Made by a program: the position numbers and the translations under genes. Below are positions 15,377-29,869 of a stretch of 64,000 nt of DNA, piece by piece; the first letter of the stretch is position 1, and the number at the start of each line of letters is the position of its first letter. This DNA is from Octopus vulgaris (Eukaryota), in assembly GCA_951406725.2 (NCBI GenBank), contig OX597828.1, positions 54,870,001 to 54,934,000 on the forward strand. Reading direction: 5' to 3'. Below the pieces are notes generated by a model, which was not told where the DNA came from, did no database searches, and saw only the letters and a list, made by a program, of their open reading frames with translations.

Positions 15377-15940
15377 TGTATTTCACGCCAAAGAACCTAA
15401 TATGATTACTGGTACTAAAGAAGGTCTGCGAGGGTCAAGAGAGATTTAGTATTTACATTAAACTACAAAAATGTTATTGGTTTTTTTTTTTTTGTCAGCG
15501 ACTTCAGTTGTACTAAAAGACAAAGATGAACGAGTCGAGATTCGAAACTAGTGTTAATAAGACGGTGAACCAATTATCTTGAAAACAGTTTCTACTTTAA
15601 CCAAAGAAGAAGAAAAAGGAAAAAAAAGAGAGAAAGCTTGTGCTTAATTTTCGATAACCCAACTATATTTTTTGCGAATATAAACCACATTAGTTCTAAA
15701 TAAAACACAATCCCTGATATATTAAACATATTTCATTCAGGAAGAATATGCTTTCCTTTTGTCTCGTTCATTTCATTCTGGTTTGGTTCTTGTTTTCTAT
15801 TTGTTTTATTTTCAATTTTGTATTTCTGCTTTTCTTTTTTTTTCCTACATGTTGAAGTTTGAATTTGATTGAGAAACTTGAAAACACACACATAAATAAA
15901 CGAATGAATGGATAAATAAATAAATAAATAAATAAAGGAA

Positions 15941-15990
<50 letters not shown>

Positions 15991-16462
15991 AATGAAAATA
16001 AATAACAAAGAAGGAAAATACAAAAAAAAGAAGAATTGGTGTAGTTAGTGTTACTGTATTGTCAAACGTTAAATGTATAATTATTTTCCATGGTTTAACA
16101 ATAAATCTATTGATTTAGTTTTATTCTTTATTCTGATACCTTTAGAACAACTTTATTGATTATTTTAATAGTCGGTGGAGGTAATTGTGAAGGTCTAAGT
16201 GGGGAAAGAGAGGAAATAGTTGAAGCAAACTGGAAGAGAAAAAAATTCTTCTGATCTCGAGAATGGCTATTGGTAAATTTTAAATGTATTTCTACCTATT
16301 GTAATGGACAAATTGGGGGAGATTTGTACAAGATAAGTAAATTTGTAGAAGTGAATTGAAAGATAATTTCCTAGTGAGGTCAGAAGTAATAAAGAGAGTT
16401 TCCATTTACTGGTTTGTCTATTTTTATTTCGTGTTTTCATTCAATTACCGTCATAACACTAA

Positions 16463-16520
<58 letters not shown>

Positions 16521-16707
16521 ATCATTTTTGCAGGAAACGGTGAGACAACAATAAACTTTCGTTTCTCGTGAGCAACTCTACAATTCTAGAACGGAGTATT
16601 CACCACTGGAACGCCTTCATCAAGAATAACCAAGGGCTATAAAAACAACGAAAATTATATCTACATATTTGCCACTTTATATATATGTGTATATATATAT
16701 GTATATA

Positions 16708-16758
<51 letters not shown>

Positions 16759-16826
16759 GTAGGTCCCGAGTTGAGTCGGGGTTAACCACAGTAAATAAGG
16801 TACTCAATACATAGCAGAGTAAATTA

Positions 16827-16912
16827 ATTTATTATATAGAAGGAGCTTCTACAGGACTAGAACTGTTTCATGAATGAAACAGTTCTAGTCCTGTAGAAGC
16901 TCCTTCTATATA

Positions 16913-16918
<6 letters not shown>
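16827..16918. repeat. Perfect palindrome, 45-bp arms, 2-nt spacer, in (TA)n context
   Basis: 16827-16871 is the exact reverse complement of 16874-16918. Confidence 0.95.
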
Positions 16919-16996
<78 letters not shown>

Positions 16997-17033
16997 AGTG
17001 AGAGAGATTAAGTGAGAGACAGTGAGAGAGAGT

Positions 17034-17070
<37 letters not shown>

Positions 17071-17229
17071 CTACTAGCATAGATAAACATTGTCAAACCC
17101 GAGACATATTTATGTGGAACACAAAATGCGTTTATAAAATAAAGAAAACAAATAACAAAGTAGAAGAAAAATATTATGTAAAGTCTTATCTCGGCAGCTT
17201 TTTCAAGACGGCTATAACTTATGTAATAA

Positions 17230-17550
17230 CCATGGTTCAGTGGTTAGAGCGTCGGACACACAATCATGAGGTACTGAGTTCGATTCCCATAGCGGGCTGT
17301 GTGTTGTGTTCTCGAGCGAGGCACTTTATTTCACGTTGCTCCAGTTCACTCAACTGTAGAAATGAATTGTGACGTCACCGGTGCCAAGCTGTCTCCGCCT
17401 TTACCTTTCCCTTGGATAATATCAGTGGAGTGGAGAGGAGAGGCTGGTATGCATGGGTGACAGCTGATCGTCCATAAACAACCTTTACCGGACTTGTACC
17501 TCGGAGGGGAACTTTCTAGGTGTAGTCGCATAGCCATTCATAACCGAAGG
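17230..17550 (+). mobile_element. SINE family D, full length
   Basis: tRNA-like head ATGGTTCAGTGGTTAGAGCGTC..GAGTTCGATTCC. Other copies at 43265, 46810 and 51832. Confidence 0.85.
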
Positions 17551-18994
17551 ATGTATTTTAAGTAATACTGTGCAGTCCAACGACGTGACCCGATGAAATT
17601 GTTGAAGTAAGCTAGGTGTTCGTTTCCAAGAGCAGACTGGCAAATGTGAATTATCTAGCAGTGTCTATGAGTATCAATATTCAAAAAGAACAGAGAGGTA
17701 GAGTGAGGAAGGAATTCAAAGACTCGAAAGGAAATAATGAGCTAGCAGTGGTTACGAAGCGAGACGAGATGAGGATACAGCTTGACAAAGATCAGATATA
17801 ATGAAAAAACAGAGTTAATAGCTAGCCGGAGAAATAGTGTTGTCAGTTAAATCTAGCGATGAGGGGGGGACAGAGTAGTTGTTCTCAGACATGATAAATC
17901 AGTTAAGAGTGGCAGAGGCAACAGACAGATAAGCATGAGAAAATTAAATGTTGTGGTTAAGGAGTGGAGGTATTAGGAAAATAAAATGCAATGAGAAAAG
18001 AGAATTTCAGTTAAGATAATGAGAAATTATAATGACTTTACATAGTGAGTAAAGACTCAGTAGAATTTATTCCTGCAAGAGAAGATTACATTAGAGAATC
18101 GATTAAATAGAGAGGTCTCATTTTAACATTATATTGTGAGCGATTCCCAGCAACATCATTTACGAACGCGATGATTTGCATTGCAGGGGGTGCAAACACA
18201 ATCTATTGGTTAGGACATGGTATAAAGCGCGCCCTGGGCTTGAAGAAGTGAGTGTAGGTGGCTAGAGAAGTACATTGTTTAGAAGCCCTATTTGAAAAGT
18301 AGCGCAGGTGAGTAAGGTAGCGTTGTCTGAAGTTGATGTAACGCAAGCAGCGTACTTTCCAACTACACGCTCATAGAAATAGGAATTTCTATGTCTTTCT
18401 GACGTCGCTAGTGTATGAATACTAATATCAACGACAGCATGTGACTTTCGTTGACTAATACAGACCCAATCTTCAATAGACCTCTTAAATGTTCTCCATT
18501 TTGTTACCTGAGCCTAAAGAACTAGGTACGTCTTACGAGCCTAAGCAATTATATGTTACGTGGAACCGAATCAAACTTTTTATTAAATAATACACACACG
18601 CACATGTGTATGTGTGTGTGTACCATTATCCAGTCATTTTCCTGTATAGTTAATTGTTAGTCCTACCACTGTATATAGAAGTGTTACTAGTTATGCTTTA
18701 CAGACCATATGTTGGGGAATATTAAGATAAAAAGAAAACCCAACCATAAATAATTAGCTCCCATGTACGTTTCACCATTGTAGTTATTTGGAACTCAACA
18801 CTGGATGTTTCAAGTGCATTTAGAGATGCCTAACTGTAATGAGTCATAAGAGGAACACCATATTGCAATCTGTTACAGAAATCTAATAAAGTGTCCCCCG
18901 GACGATCCATTGCGGTTAAACATCGAAATGCACTTAGAAAATCCAATGCTAAGTTCCATATATCTACAATGGTGAGACGTAAGTAGCAACCAAT

Positions 18995-19364
18995 TATTAC
19001 TTCGGTCTTAGCAAAGGCGGAGGTATTGTTTTCAGTCGTGTTTGTTTGTTTGTCCGTGGACAAGATATCTCAAGAACCGCTGGATGGATTCGGATGAAAC
19101 TTTCAGAGATGTTTGGCCCCCTGACTGGCACGAACTGATTAGATTTTGGGATCGATCCCGTTCTGGATAAGGATTCTGGATTATTTTTCGGTTTTTTCTT
19201 TTACTTAATTTTTGAGAGTGGTCGGGTTCATTTTAGTATTCTCCTTTGTGCGAGCAGTCGAGTTTATTTCAGGTATTCTCATTTTAAAAATCATCTCTGT
19301 GTAACCGTTGAGAGGACGTTGGTGTTGCCTTGGCGGAGGTTTGCGCTCCCTGAGTGCTCTTGTT
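18995..19364 (+). mobile_element. Helentron-associated (HINE/DINE-1-like) element
   Basis: 5' ATTAC(C/T)TC.G..TTAGC..GGCGGAGGT, (GTTT)n, 3' TTGGCGGAGG plus hairpin GCGCTCCCTGAGTGC. Inverted sibling at 24943-25264. Confidence 0.7.
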
Positions 19365-19908
19365 TAACCGAAGTTATTTCTTATTGAAGTATAAGTCTGA
19401 AAGCTGAGTCAACAGTGAGGAGTTCCAACGATTTAAATGCACAAGTCTTTGATATCCAAGTAGTTAAAAAGTGTCAGCAGAAGGGTATCCAAGCGTCATA
19501 GCCTGGATGGGGCCCCACCCGGCCTCCTTAAAGTTTAAGAAGTTAAAAGCCGAAATACTTGCCTAAGATTGGTTTCTTCTCTGGAGTTATGATGTTCAGT
19601 TCTTCTAAGAGTTTCTTACCACTACGTGTATGTCTGTGTGTGTGTGCACGCGCTTGTGTGTGCACGCGCTTGTGTGTGTACGTGCGTGTATGCGTGTGGG
19701 GTAAGTACAAAAGACACAAAAAAGACGAGGTAAAAAACAAACGAACAAACGGTATGTATTAGGTTGACGCTCAAGAAAATTGAAAGAACTCTTTAACTTT
19801 TCGTGTCTACACTCTTCTACAGGAAGGATAGCTGAGGAGAGGGAAAAATAGAGAGAAAAAACAAGCGTCTCCATTAGATGGTCACCGCATACTTACATAT
19901 ATATTTAT

Positions 19909-19939
<31 letters not shown>

Positions 19940-19989
19940 TGTATACACTCATGTATGAATAAGTGTATATATGCATGCATGCATGAATA

Positions 19990-20014
19990 GAGATAAACAG
20001 ACAGACAGACAAAC

Positions 20015-20095
<81 letters not shown>

Positions 20096-20110
20096 AACAG
20101 ATAGACAGAC

Positions 20111-20190
<80 letters not shown>
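19990..20190. repeat. (AGAT)n/(AGAC)n microsatellite
   Basis: Direct reading. Confidence 0.97.
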
Positions 20191-20579
20191 TGCTTCTGTG
20201 GATGAACGCAAAATGGTGATATAATTCCAAACAACGTCGGACGAAAATTAGTTTGCTTTGCTCCGTCTTTCTTTGGATTAGTGAAATGGTTAAATATTAT
20301 TCTGATAATTAAAGCTCTCGCTTAAACTCATTAATATTTATTGGTTCATTACAGCGAATAAACTAGTGCCTATTTTATTATTGCGTTATCATGTGACAAA
20401 CGAACCTGGGTAATTTTCCTGTAGTCATTTTTCAAGTTATTTAACCACTTAGTTTCCATTCTCTAAAAGCCTATATATTGTCTAAACTTTGTCGGATCTG
20501 AAGTAACGAAGAGAATATGATTTGCTAAGGAGGCCTAATAAGAACGAAACATGTACGAAATTATGTCCTCACTGCTAAG

Positions 20580-21011
20580 GATCATGGTCTTAAAAATTTG
20601 TCCTATGAAGAAAGGCTGAGGACGCTCGACCTTTATTCTCTAGAAAAACGCCGTCGCCGTGGTGATCTCATTCTCGCCCACAACATCATAAGCGGGAAGT
20701 GTAACCTCTCGAAAGAGCTGTTCTTCACTCCTGCTCCGGAGCGTCGGCTGCGGGGTCATTCCGAAAAGCTCTACCTGCGACGATTTCATCTCAATCGAAG
20801 GAGAGGAGCTTTCTCCGTCCGAGTTGCGGATCCGTGGAACAAGCTGCCAGACGAGATGGTAAAGATGCCGATGACCGCTTTGTTCAAAGCCTCCCTGGAC
20901 CTCAAGTGGCCTGAACTCTTTACATGAACACCACCCTGTACTTAACTCCATGTCCCCCTACATGGCCTTGCTATTTGCTTTTGAGCCAAATTAACTAACT
21001 AACTAACTAAC
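20580..21011 (+). mobile_element. CR1-clade LINE 3' end, 5'-truncated, ORF uninterrupted, (TAAC)n tail
   Basis: LSYEERLRTLDLYSLEKRRRRGDLI..RGHSEKL..FSVRVADPWNKLP is the canonical CR1 ORF2 C-terminus. Confidence 0.93.
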
Positions 21012-21207
21012 ATATTCATTTCTATTGATTTTTGAAAAATCGATGCCGATTAAAAATCATCGATTTTTAAAAAGATTCCAAGTGATCGCATGGGTATCAG
21101 CCCTACATACGTGTCTGGTTTCATTAAGATCGGTTGGATAGTCGCGGATGGGTTAAAGTAACAAATTCACAAACACACACAGAGCCACAAGCAGACAGAA
21201 ATTGTCA

Positions 21208-21282
<75 letters not shown>

Positions 21283-21974
21283 ATATATAGGTATGTATAT
21301 ATATATATATTATCTTACACCTTTTTCTTGTTTCAGTCATTAAGTTCTTTTGTCGTGCCGCTAAGTTACGGGGAGCTGAGTACACCAACACCGATTTTCA
21401 AAGACAGATAGTTACACACACACACACACACACACACATCATACACACACACACACACACACATCATACACACACGAAGAAATTTACAAGTGATATTAAT
21501 AATGAACACATCAACACTGTTGCTGATGGGAAATGCCTCAGGGTTGTGTTCTGCATACTAAATACACAGATGGTTGGGTGTCACATATACGCAATTGAGT
21601 GAAGTGAAATGCACCTTTTCCTTCTCTACAACCAAAGTACCACTCCCTTTTTTCTCCCTTTTTCTGTCTCTCCCTCTCTCTTTCTCCCCTCTTCTCTCTC
21701 TCCCTCTCTCTCTCTCTCTTTCTTCTCAGACAAACGTTCCAGAAATTCAGGTTCTTCGCACCTCACGGCAATTGGTCTTTTTGAACTTTCCTATGAACAC
21801 CTCCCTTATTAAATATCACAAGGTTAACCCGTGTTAGGTGAACCGGGTCTAGAAACCGGCTCCCTTAAGCTGCACTGCCCTTTCACAACCTACATACGCA
21901 AAACCAGCGTTTACGGCCGGTCTAAACATCAATTAGTAGTTTACAAGGAATCCTAAGTGTTGTATTTTAATTCT

Positions 21975-22014
<40 letters not shown>

Positions 22015-22059
22015 ACATCGTCATCATCGTCGTCATCATCATCATCATCATCATCATCG

Positions 22060-22118
<59 letters not shown>

Positions 22119-23352
22119 GTCATCATTAGTGTGTGGGGTGTGCCATTTCAGCAGCTGTTGGAAGCTAAAGTAATTTTAGGAGTGAGGGTGGTGGTGGTGG
22201 TGGTGGTGGTGGTGGTGTATGTGTGTTTGAAGTATAAATGGTTCTCTGGCTCCAAATCGGTTAAACCTAGTTTGACTTTCTCTCCCGCCTTCTTTTCTTT
22301 TTTCTCCCTCTTTCTCTCTCCTACTGTTTCTCTTCCTCTTTCTCTTATCTCTTTCTCTCTTTCTCACCCCCTCTCTTCTTCCTCTCTCTCCCCTTTTTCC
22401 CTTATATTTAAAAGTGACTGATAAAACAGCCATCGATAATCATTGTGTGGTGAAGGTGTGAGGGCAAAACTAGACTCTATGTCTGGCATTTCCAATTGGT
22501 GTATCGCCGCCTTGCCACACAAATGCTGCCACAATCACTTCCAGCACTCCTCCACCATGACCATCACCACTGATACTAAACTGCCATCTATCTCACTTTG
22601 TATTTCTGTGACATGTGTTTGTCTACATTGTAAACAAACTACAACTAAACAATTTGCCATTATAACATAGCCCTGTAAAAATTTGTATATCATGTGTGTG
22701 TATGTGTGTGTGTGTGTGTGTGGATGTGTGGTTGGGTGTGCGTGAGTATGCAGGTATGTGTATACTGTGCACACATACACATTGACTCCAAGAATCAGGA
22801 TGGAACTGGTGTATGGTGAATGTCTGCGTGTAATCAATGTAGATAAAGCCATGAAAATGAAAACACGAAAGACAAGATAAAGTACGGTAATGGTTTTTAT
22901 TATTAATTTCACATTCAGAGAAGCAGAGATAGACATGTTCTAACGTTCCAGACAGAATCCCTTCATTTCATCTGAAAGAGTTTCAGATTCGCACATCTAC
23001 TTTTATCGCTTAACAATTTTTCTTTGTTCCTTCTTTTTTTATACCCCACCCCACAGTTGTCTTTCCTTCTTTTCTTTTTTGATGAAGGTCTTTCTCTGAA
23101 ACGTTAAAGCATTTCCATTTCAGTCTTTCTGAGCTTGACACTTAATAATAAAACTACTTATCGCCTTACACTTGGTTTCATTTGTCATTTTATTGGAAAT
23201 ATTTCCAATTATCACACAGTCTCGCAGGTAATTGTTATCGAATGGATTACCACCTCAGGTTGTCGTTCGATTACTGACATTGCATAATCACTTCCTCGGA
23301 TTACAAGATGTATATATGTATATATATATATATATATTTTTGTACATCTCTC

Positions 23353-23399
<47 letters not shown>

Positions 23400-23629
23400 C
23401 TTTACTCTGTGTGTGTTAATCCCGTCTGTGCATATATATGATTAAATCCAATCTGTCAGTGACCATCCCGTCTATAATTTCAACTCATCGTTTACTTCAG
23501 ACTATCTAATACATGAGTCTTCCTTTCTAATAGAAGAGTGTATTTTGAAGTCTATTTGACACACAAGTATATTTATGTGTGTGCGTATGAATGTATGTAT
23601 GTATGTATGTATGTATGTATGTATGTATG

Positions 23630-23686
<57 letters not shown>

Positions 23687-23794
23687 GTGTATATATATAT
23701 ATATATGTATGTATGCATATATGTATTTTTGTATGTATGTATGCATCTATCTATCTGTCTATACACAAACACGCACACACACACACATATATAT

Positions 23795-23825
<31 letters not shown>

Positions 23826-23899
23826 CATACATACATATAGATGCGTGTGTGTATGTGCGCGTGTGTGAATGTATATATATATTTAAGTATACCTATAAA

Positions 23900-23940
<41 letters not shown>

Positions 23941-24539
23941 ACATATATATATTTACATACATACATACTTTCATGCAAATCCTTACGCCCGTACGCATGC
24001 GCACATGCATAATACACTCAAACAGACTTTTTTAATTAAAAAGTAATTGTTAGGGAGGCGTCATTTTCGCGCCCAAACTGGATGTTTGTCTGTAGGGGTT
24101 TTGCTAAACCGTTTTCAGTTGATGAGTTTCATTGCGTATTCAGCGTTTTCAATGAGGCGAATAGTCTAGAATTTCTTCGATGGTATTTGGGTGATTTGAA
24201 TGCCACGGATCGGCAGATTGTTTCTCCGCCTTCAGGTCTGTTTTCCTGGTTTGTGCATAATTTTTGTCCGGTGGTAGCGGATATGCGGTTTCGATACACG
24301 CCACTGAATCATTACTCGATAAACGTAGTAGAATTTATACTTATATTTCATATCTGACTCGCATAATTATTTATTCCGTTGCTATTCAGAGTTTCCTGCC
24401 ACATGTGGCTTATGATATCGTGTCCTCTTTCTCTAGTTTGCAACTAAAAGTGTATGCATATATGAATGTATGTATGTGTGTGCTTTATGATTGTATTGTT
24501 TAACAGGGATATTTTTGCAGCAAGTCAGGTGACTCATAG

Positions 24540-24725
24540 CACAATAAAGGAAATGTACAGTGGAAGGTCATTCAACAAGATTCAGCACCTTCCCACAATT
24601 CCAATGCAACCCAAGAATAGATGTCAGACAATCTTTACGATCATGAAACACCAAATTTCTTTCCTCCAAACTCATCAGATTTAAATCTCAGCGACTACTA
24701 CGTTTGGGGTGTTGTTGAAAGGAAA
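24540..24725 (+). mobile_element. Tc1/mariner transposase remnant
   Basis: QQDSAPSH..TQE*MSDN..PPNSSDLNLSDYYVWGVVER matches the QQD.AP.H / P.SPDLNP.D catalytic region. Confidence 0.8.
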
Positions 24726-24942
24726 TTGATATTTTCACAATACAACAGTTCTGTTTTTATCGTTATTTTGATTTTAATTCTTATCTTGAGGAGTTCGTTT
24801 GAACGAATGACAGCGCTAATAATGAAGAATTATCCAAAATTCTGACTGCCTCCTTTTTTCTCGATATACAATATCTGTACACCACTTCAAACATTCTATA
24901 CATATGTGTGTGTGTGTGTGATAAAATGCAATAAGATATTAT

Positions 24943-25264
24943 AACAAGAGCACTCAGAGGGCACAAACCTTCGCCAAGACATACACCAATGTCCTCTCAA
25001 CGATTAGCCAGAGATGATTCTTAAAATGAGAATATCTGAAATAAACTCGACTGCTCTCACAAACGAGAATACTAAAAATGAACCCGACCGCTCTCAAAAA
25101 TTAATTTTAAAAACAGGAAAAATAATTCAGAATCCTTGTTCGGTACCGAGTCGATCCCAAAATCTGAACCATCCAGCGGTTCTTGAGATATCTTGTCCAC
25201 GGACAAACAAACAAACAAACACGACTGAAAACAATACCTCCGCCTTTGCTAAGGCCGAAGTAAT
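24943..25264 (-). mobile_element. HINE/DINE-1-like element (internally deleted sibling of 18995)
   Basis: Reverse-complement match to 18995-19364. Confidence 0.75.
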
Positions 25265-26271
25265 AATATATTAATATATTAAGATACATTATAATATAGG
25301 TGGTCGTAGCAATTAAATCTAAAAAGATAAAATTAATAAATGAGGGTAGAAAATAGTATCTGCTAGAAATGAAAGTTAAAATTTAATTCGAACAACTAAA
25401 CATGAAATATTCGAGACTGCGAGCAGCAAGCTACAACATCTTTGTTTGGCGAGATAAACTCACAGAATGGAATAGTTTGATGAAATCTTATCACGACATT
25501 TTGAAATTTGATCAATATTTCTTGTTTCTCATCAGAGGTTTCTATAATTACTCCGAGTTAAAGAGAGAGCTTGTCTCCGATTAGTTCGTGAGAAAAACCG
25601 TTGAAAGGCGAGAGCTAACATTTAAATCGGTTAAAGTATATGGTAAAATTTTAGCGCTCACTTTCTCGTGACTTAATAGGAGGTAGGCTTTCTCTTTAAC
25701 CCGGAGTAATTGTGGAAACCTCTGATGAGAAGCAAGATCATATTGATAAGGTTTTATCAAACTACTTCATTCTGTGAGTTTATCTCGCCCAAGAAAGATG
25801 CAGCTTGCTTTTGTGTGGCTGTTCAAGTTACATTTTACTCCCAATTGCAAGAGCTGTTCGGACTTAGCCCGAGTATAAATTTAGTAAAAGGAACGTGTAT
25901 TTGCAAGGTGATTTCTGCAAACACTGACTTCAAGTATTTAATTGCAGCCAAATATCTCGGGGCCCCTTTTATTGAGCCTGGTTGCATTTCATTTATTTCC
26001 GTTCAGCGTCTGACGGTCGTCATAGAGGTGCCCTGTCTCAAAAATTGTCATTCGTAGCCGACGTTCTCTCAACATCGTTCACACGCGACTGACTCGAGCT
26101 CGGAAGTTACAGTGAGGCATTCTTTCGTTAAAAGTAGCAAACTTGCTTACTGTTAAATTACCCGAGCATATGTAAGTCTGCGGTGTGCATTACGTCTCTT
26201 ACCTTCTTTTCTACGTGTGTCTCATGCAAAATCTGTGATGAGCCCGAGTGAGACTGATGACCTGAAGTCGC

Positions 26272-26321
<50 letters not shown>

Positions 26322-26322
<1 letters not shown>

Positions 26323-26513
26323 TCCTTTACTCCTTTACTTGTTTCAGTCAGTTGACTGCGGTCATGCTGGAGCACCACCTTTAGTCGAGCAACTCAACCC
26401 CGGGACTTATTCTTTGTAAGCCCAGTACTTATTCTATCGGTGTCTTTTTGCCGAACCGCTAAGTGACGGGGACATAAACACACCAGCATCGGTTGTCAAG
26501 CGATGAACGGGAA

Positions 26514-26566
<53 letters not shown>

Positions 26567-26725
26567 GTACGACGGGCTCCTTTCAGTTTCCGTCTACCAA
26601 ATCCACTCACTAGGCTTTGATCGGCCCAAGGCTATAGAAGATACTTGCCCAAGATGTCACGCAGTGGGACTGAACCCGGAACCATGTGGTTGGTAAGCAA
26701 GCTACTTACCACACAGCCACTCCTG
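26322..26725 (-). mobile_element. SINE family A copy
   Basis: Reverse match to 13527. Confidence 0.9.
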
Positions 26726-26776
26726 GTGTGTATATTTATGTATATACATGCGTGTGTGTGTGTATATATATATATA

Positions 26777-26849
<73 letters not shown>

Positions 26850-27273
26850 ATGTATGTATGTATGTGCCTCCGTGTGTGTAGTATAGGAAAATAATAAATG
26901 CTTGCGACATCTGCGATGAACGAAACTTGCGTTATGTTAATGGGAAATTTTAATTTCTATGACGTATGAACTCTGGTATTAAAATGCAGATGAGTACTTA
27001 TCTGTGTGTATAGAGGGTGTGTGGGTGTGCGCGCGTGTCTGTCTGAGTGCGTCCGTATTTGAGGAAGATACGTTTATTCATTTCCGTCAATGCATATATT
27101 ACATGCGCATTTCATTGAGCATATGTGACCGAAAATGTGTGTGTGTGTGTACACGTTTAAGTATGTAATCATGTCAGTAATTCCGCGTGAGAGCTAGAGA
27201 AAGTATGGGGTGAATGTGTATGAGTGTGTGTGTAAGTGTTTGTATGTATGTGCGTATGTGAGTGTATATGTAT

Positions 27274-27304
<31 letters not shown>

Positions 27305-27639
27305 CACATGTAGCTGTGTTTGTGTATATAAAATATATTCTTTATGCTTACAAAGCTAACCTACACTTAAAGGGAGTTGCAGATGTGACTCAGAGGAAAT
27401 TAACATTCCATATTGTTTGAAATGTGACACGTTCAAATCCAAAGAACCCAGTTTTCGGCATTATGATTACGTTCCAATCATCATTATTTTGCCTATTATA
27501 CACTTAGAGTAAACCAAACAAGTCACAATTTCCCTTAAATATCAACAGGATTTCGGGTCTTGAAATTTTGCATTGTTGTAGTTGTTGTTGTTGTTGTTGC
27601 TGCTGCTGCTGTTGTTATTGTTGTTGTTGCTGCTACTGT

Positions 27640-28022
27640 TGCTGTTGAGCGCTATTGCTGTTGAGCGAAGCGGTTTTCGTCCCAGTGGGAGAAGTCCGAA
27701 ACGTTGTCCTTTGCTATTCGTAAGACCCGCAGAAGAGAAAGCAGGTCCAACCCCCGACACCGAGAGCATCGACGGAGGGATGAATGCGCATCCAGGCTCA
27801 GCAGTTGCGTAGGACGTCGGGGACAAGAAACAGAAAGAAAGAGTGAGAGAAAGTTGGGCCGAAAGAGTACAACAGGGGTCGCCACCACCCCCTGCCGGAG
27901 CCTCGTGAAGCTTTTAGGTGTTTTCGCTCAATAAACACACACAACGCCCGGTCTGAGAATCGAAACCGCGTTTCTCCGACCGCGAGTCCGCCGCCTTAAC
28001 CACTGGGCCATTGCGCCTCCAC
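27640..28022 (-). mobile_element. tRNA-derived SINE family C with (CAA/CAG)n tail
   Basis: Minus-strand head GGAGGCGCAATGGCCCAGTGGTTAAGGCGGCGGACTCGCGG..GGTTTCGATTC. Sibling at 39145. Confidence 0.85.
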
Positions 28023-29432
28023 TGCTGCTGCTGTTGTTGTTGTTGTTGTTGCTACTGCTGCTGTTGTTGTTGATGTTGTTTATGGCTTCAAATGCAAATG
28101 CTGAATACCGGTAGCGATGTTATGGGTGTTGAAACAGCTCATGATAAACGCTTCACTTTCATTAATTTTCAATGAAATATTCACATCTGGCTGGCAGCTG
28201 ACCTCCACATCGCTACACCCTTTTTTCTTTGTTTGTTTGTTTTTGCTTTTCCTTGTACTCAATTCTTTTAAATGTGCAGCTGCTACTACAGCTGTTGTTG
28301 TTGTTGTTTGTGGTGGTGGTGTTTTTTGTCGATGATGTTGATGATAATGATGATTAGCCCCAAGACATTCCTGATCAAGCAACCCTCTGACAATAAGAAT
28401 TGAAACCATGAACATCCTTTCTATCGCTTCGTTTTTTGTCTTTTTAGATGCAGTGTATCAAAGACAACATTATCTAATGTGACCTTGCTGTTTTATAAAG
28501 CTCGAATTTATTTGAGGGCGATCTGTATGCTATTTCTCACAAGTCGAACCACCTTTTAGACAGGTAGGGCATACCTCACCCCAATTAATGGGAAAATTTC
28601 ATCCATACGTTTCGTTTTGGGATTTGGTTTGCAAGATTCTTTACATGAGTTCGTGTATTGAAGCATATTCTGTTGTGTCTGGGGAGAGTCAGTTTCTTTT
28701 TGTGCCTTATAACTTAACACACTCACCGGTAAAATTTCCACTTATTATTTTTATTTTCCTGAAATTTTCGTTGCGTCTTGCAACCTTTTCAATAGTCATC
28801 CATATGCTAATTAGAAATCACTTCCTGCCAAAGTCATAAAAATATCTAATCTTAAAGATCAAACAATAATTTAGTTTAATTTACATATCTATGAATTTAT
28901 AAAATTAAAGATTCTATATTTTCTCGGCACAGTAGCGCCCTCCCAGGTTCAGTGTTTTATGTAGTTCGCCCTTGAAACTTAATTGGTTCGTCAGTTTTGA
29001 CATCATTTGTCTTCATTCGTTCCGTGTTTCTCGTTTTGTTCTCTTCAGTAAAAAAAAAAGGAAGTATAATTAATTGTTGCTGCTTAGTGTTGTGCTTGTT
29101 GTTTAACCCCCGGGTGAACCCGGATCGAATGGGTCTATAGCTTTAACGACTATCATGGGCCTATCATCAAACAGACCTATGATAGTCATTCCAGCTATGA
29201 CTAAGCTGTATTCTTTTTTGTCTACCAAGAGTTAAATTATTCAATGTGTTCTTCCCGTTTTTAAGGCAGTCGTGAGCGTTTTGAGGAAAGACTAGGCAGC
29301 TATATCTAGCATGTCTAACAACTACGTAGAGCTCTTCCTGTAAGCTTGTAGTTCCATGTTGTGACCACAGTGAAGGAAGTTGGTGACAGAAACTCAGTCG
29401 ATTAAGGACAGTTGCTCATCCTACTTTGATGG

Positions 29433-29475
<43 letters not shown>

Positions 29476-29483
<8 letters not shown>

Positions 29484-29869
29484 TCTTTTACTTGTTTCAG
29501 TCATTTTACTTTGGCTATTCTGGAGCACCGCCTTTAGTCGAGCAAATCGACCCCAGGACATATTCTTTGTAAGCCTACTACTTATTCTATCGGTCACTTC
29601 TGCCGCACCGCTAACTTACGGGGACGTAAACACACCAGCATCGGTTGTCAAGCGATGTTGGGGAGACAAACACATACACACACATATATATATATATACA
29701 TACATACATATATACGACGGGCTTGTTTCCGTTTCCGTCTACCAAATCCACTCACAAGGCTTTGGTCGGCCTGAGGCTATAGTAGAAGACACTTGCCAAA
29801 GGTGTCACGCAGTAGGACTGAACCCGGAAGCATGTGGTTGGTAAGCAAGCTACTTACCACACAGCCACT
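29476..29869 (-). mobile_element. SINE family A copy
   Basis: Reverse match to 13527. Confidence 0.9.

Noticed and set aside
23070-23110. TTGATGA-AGG..CT-GAAAC-GTT hammerhead-like remnant (also CTGACGA at ~37793)
   Set aside because: The core or stem II is broken. These are probably decayed Penelope-type motifs and too degenerate to call.
24060-24440. Possible decayed reverse transcriptase on the - strand
   Set aside because: Only faint KPGK../RPIAL-like traces; cannot be supported without a search.
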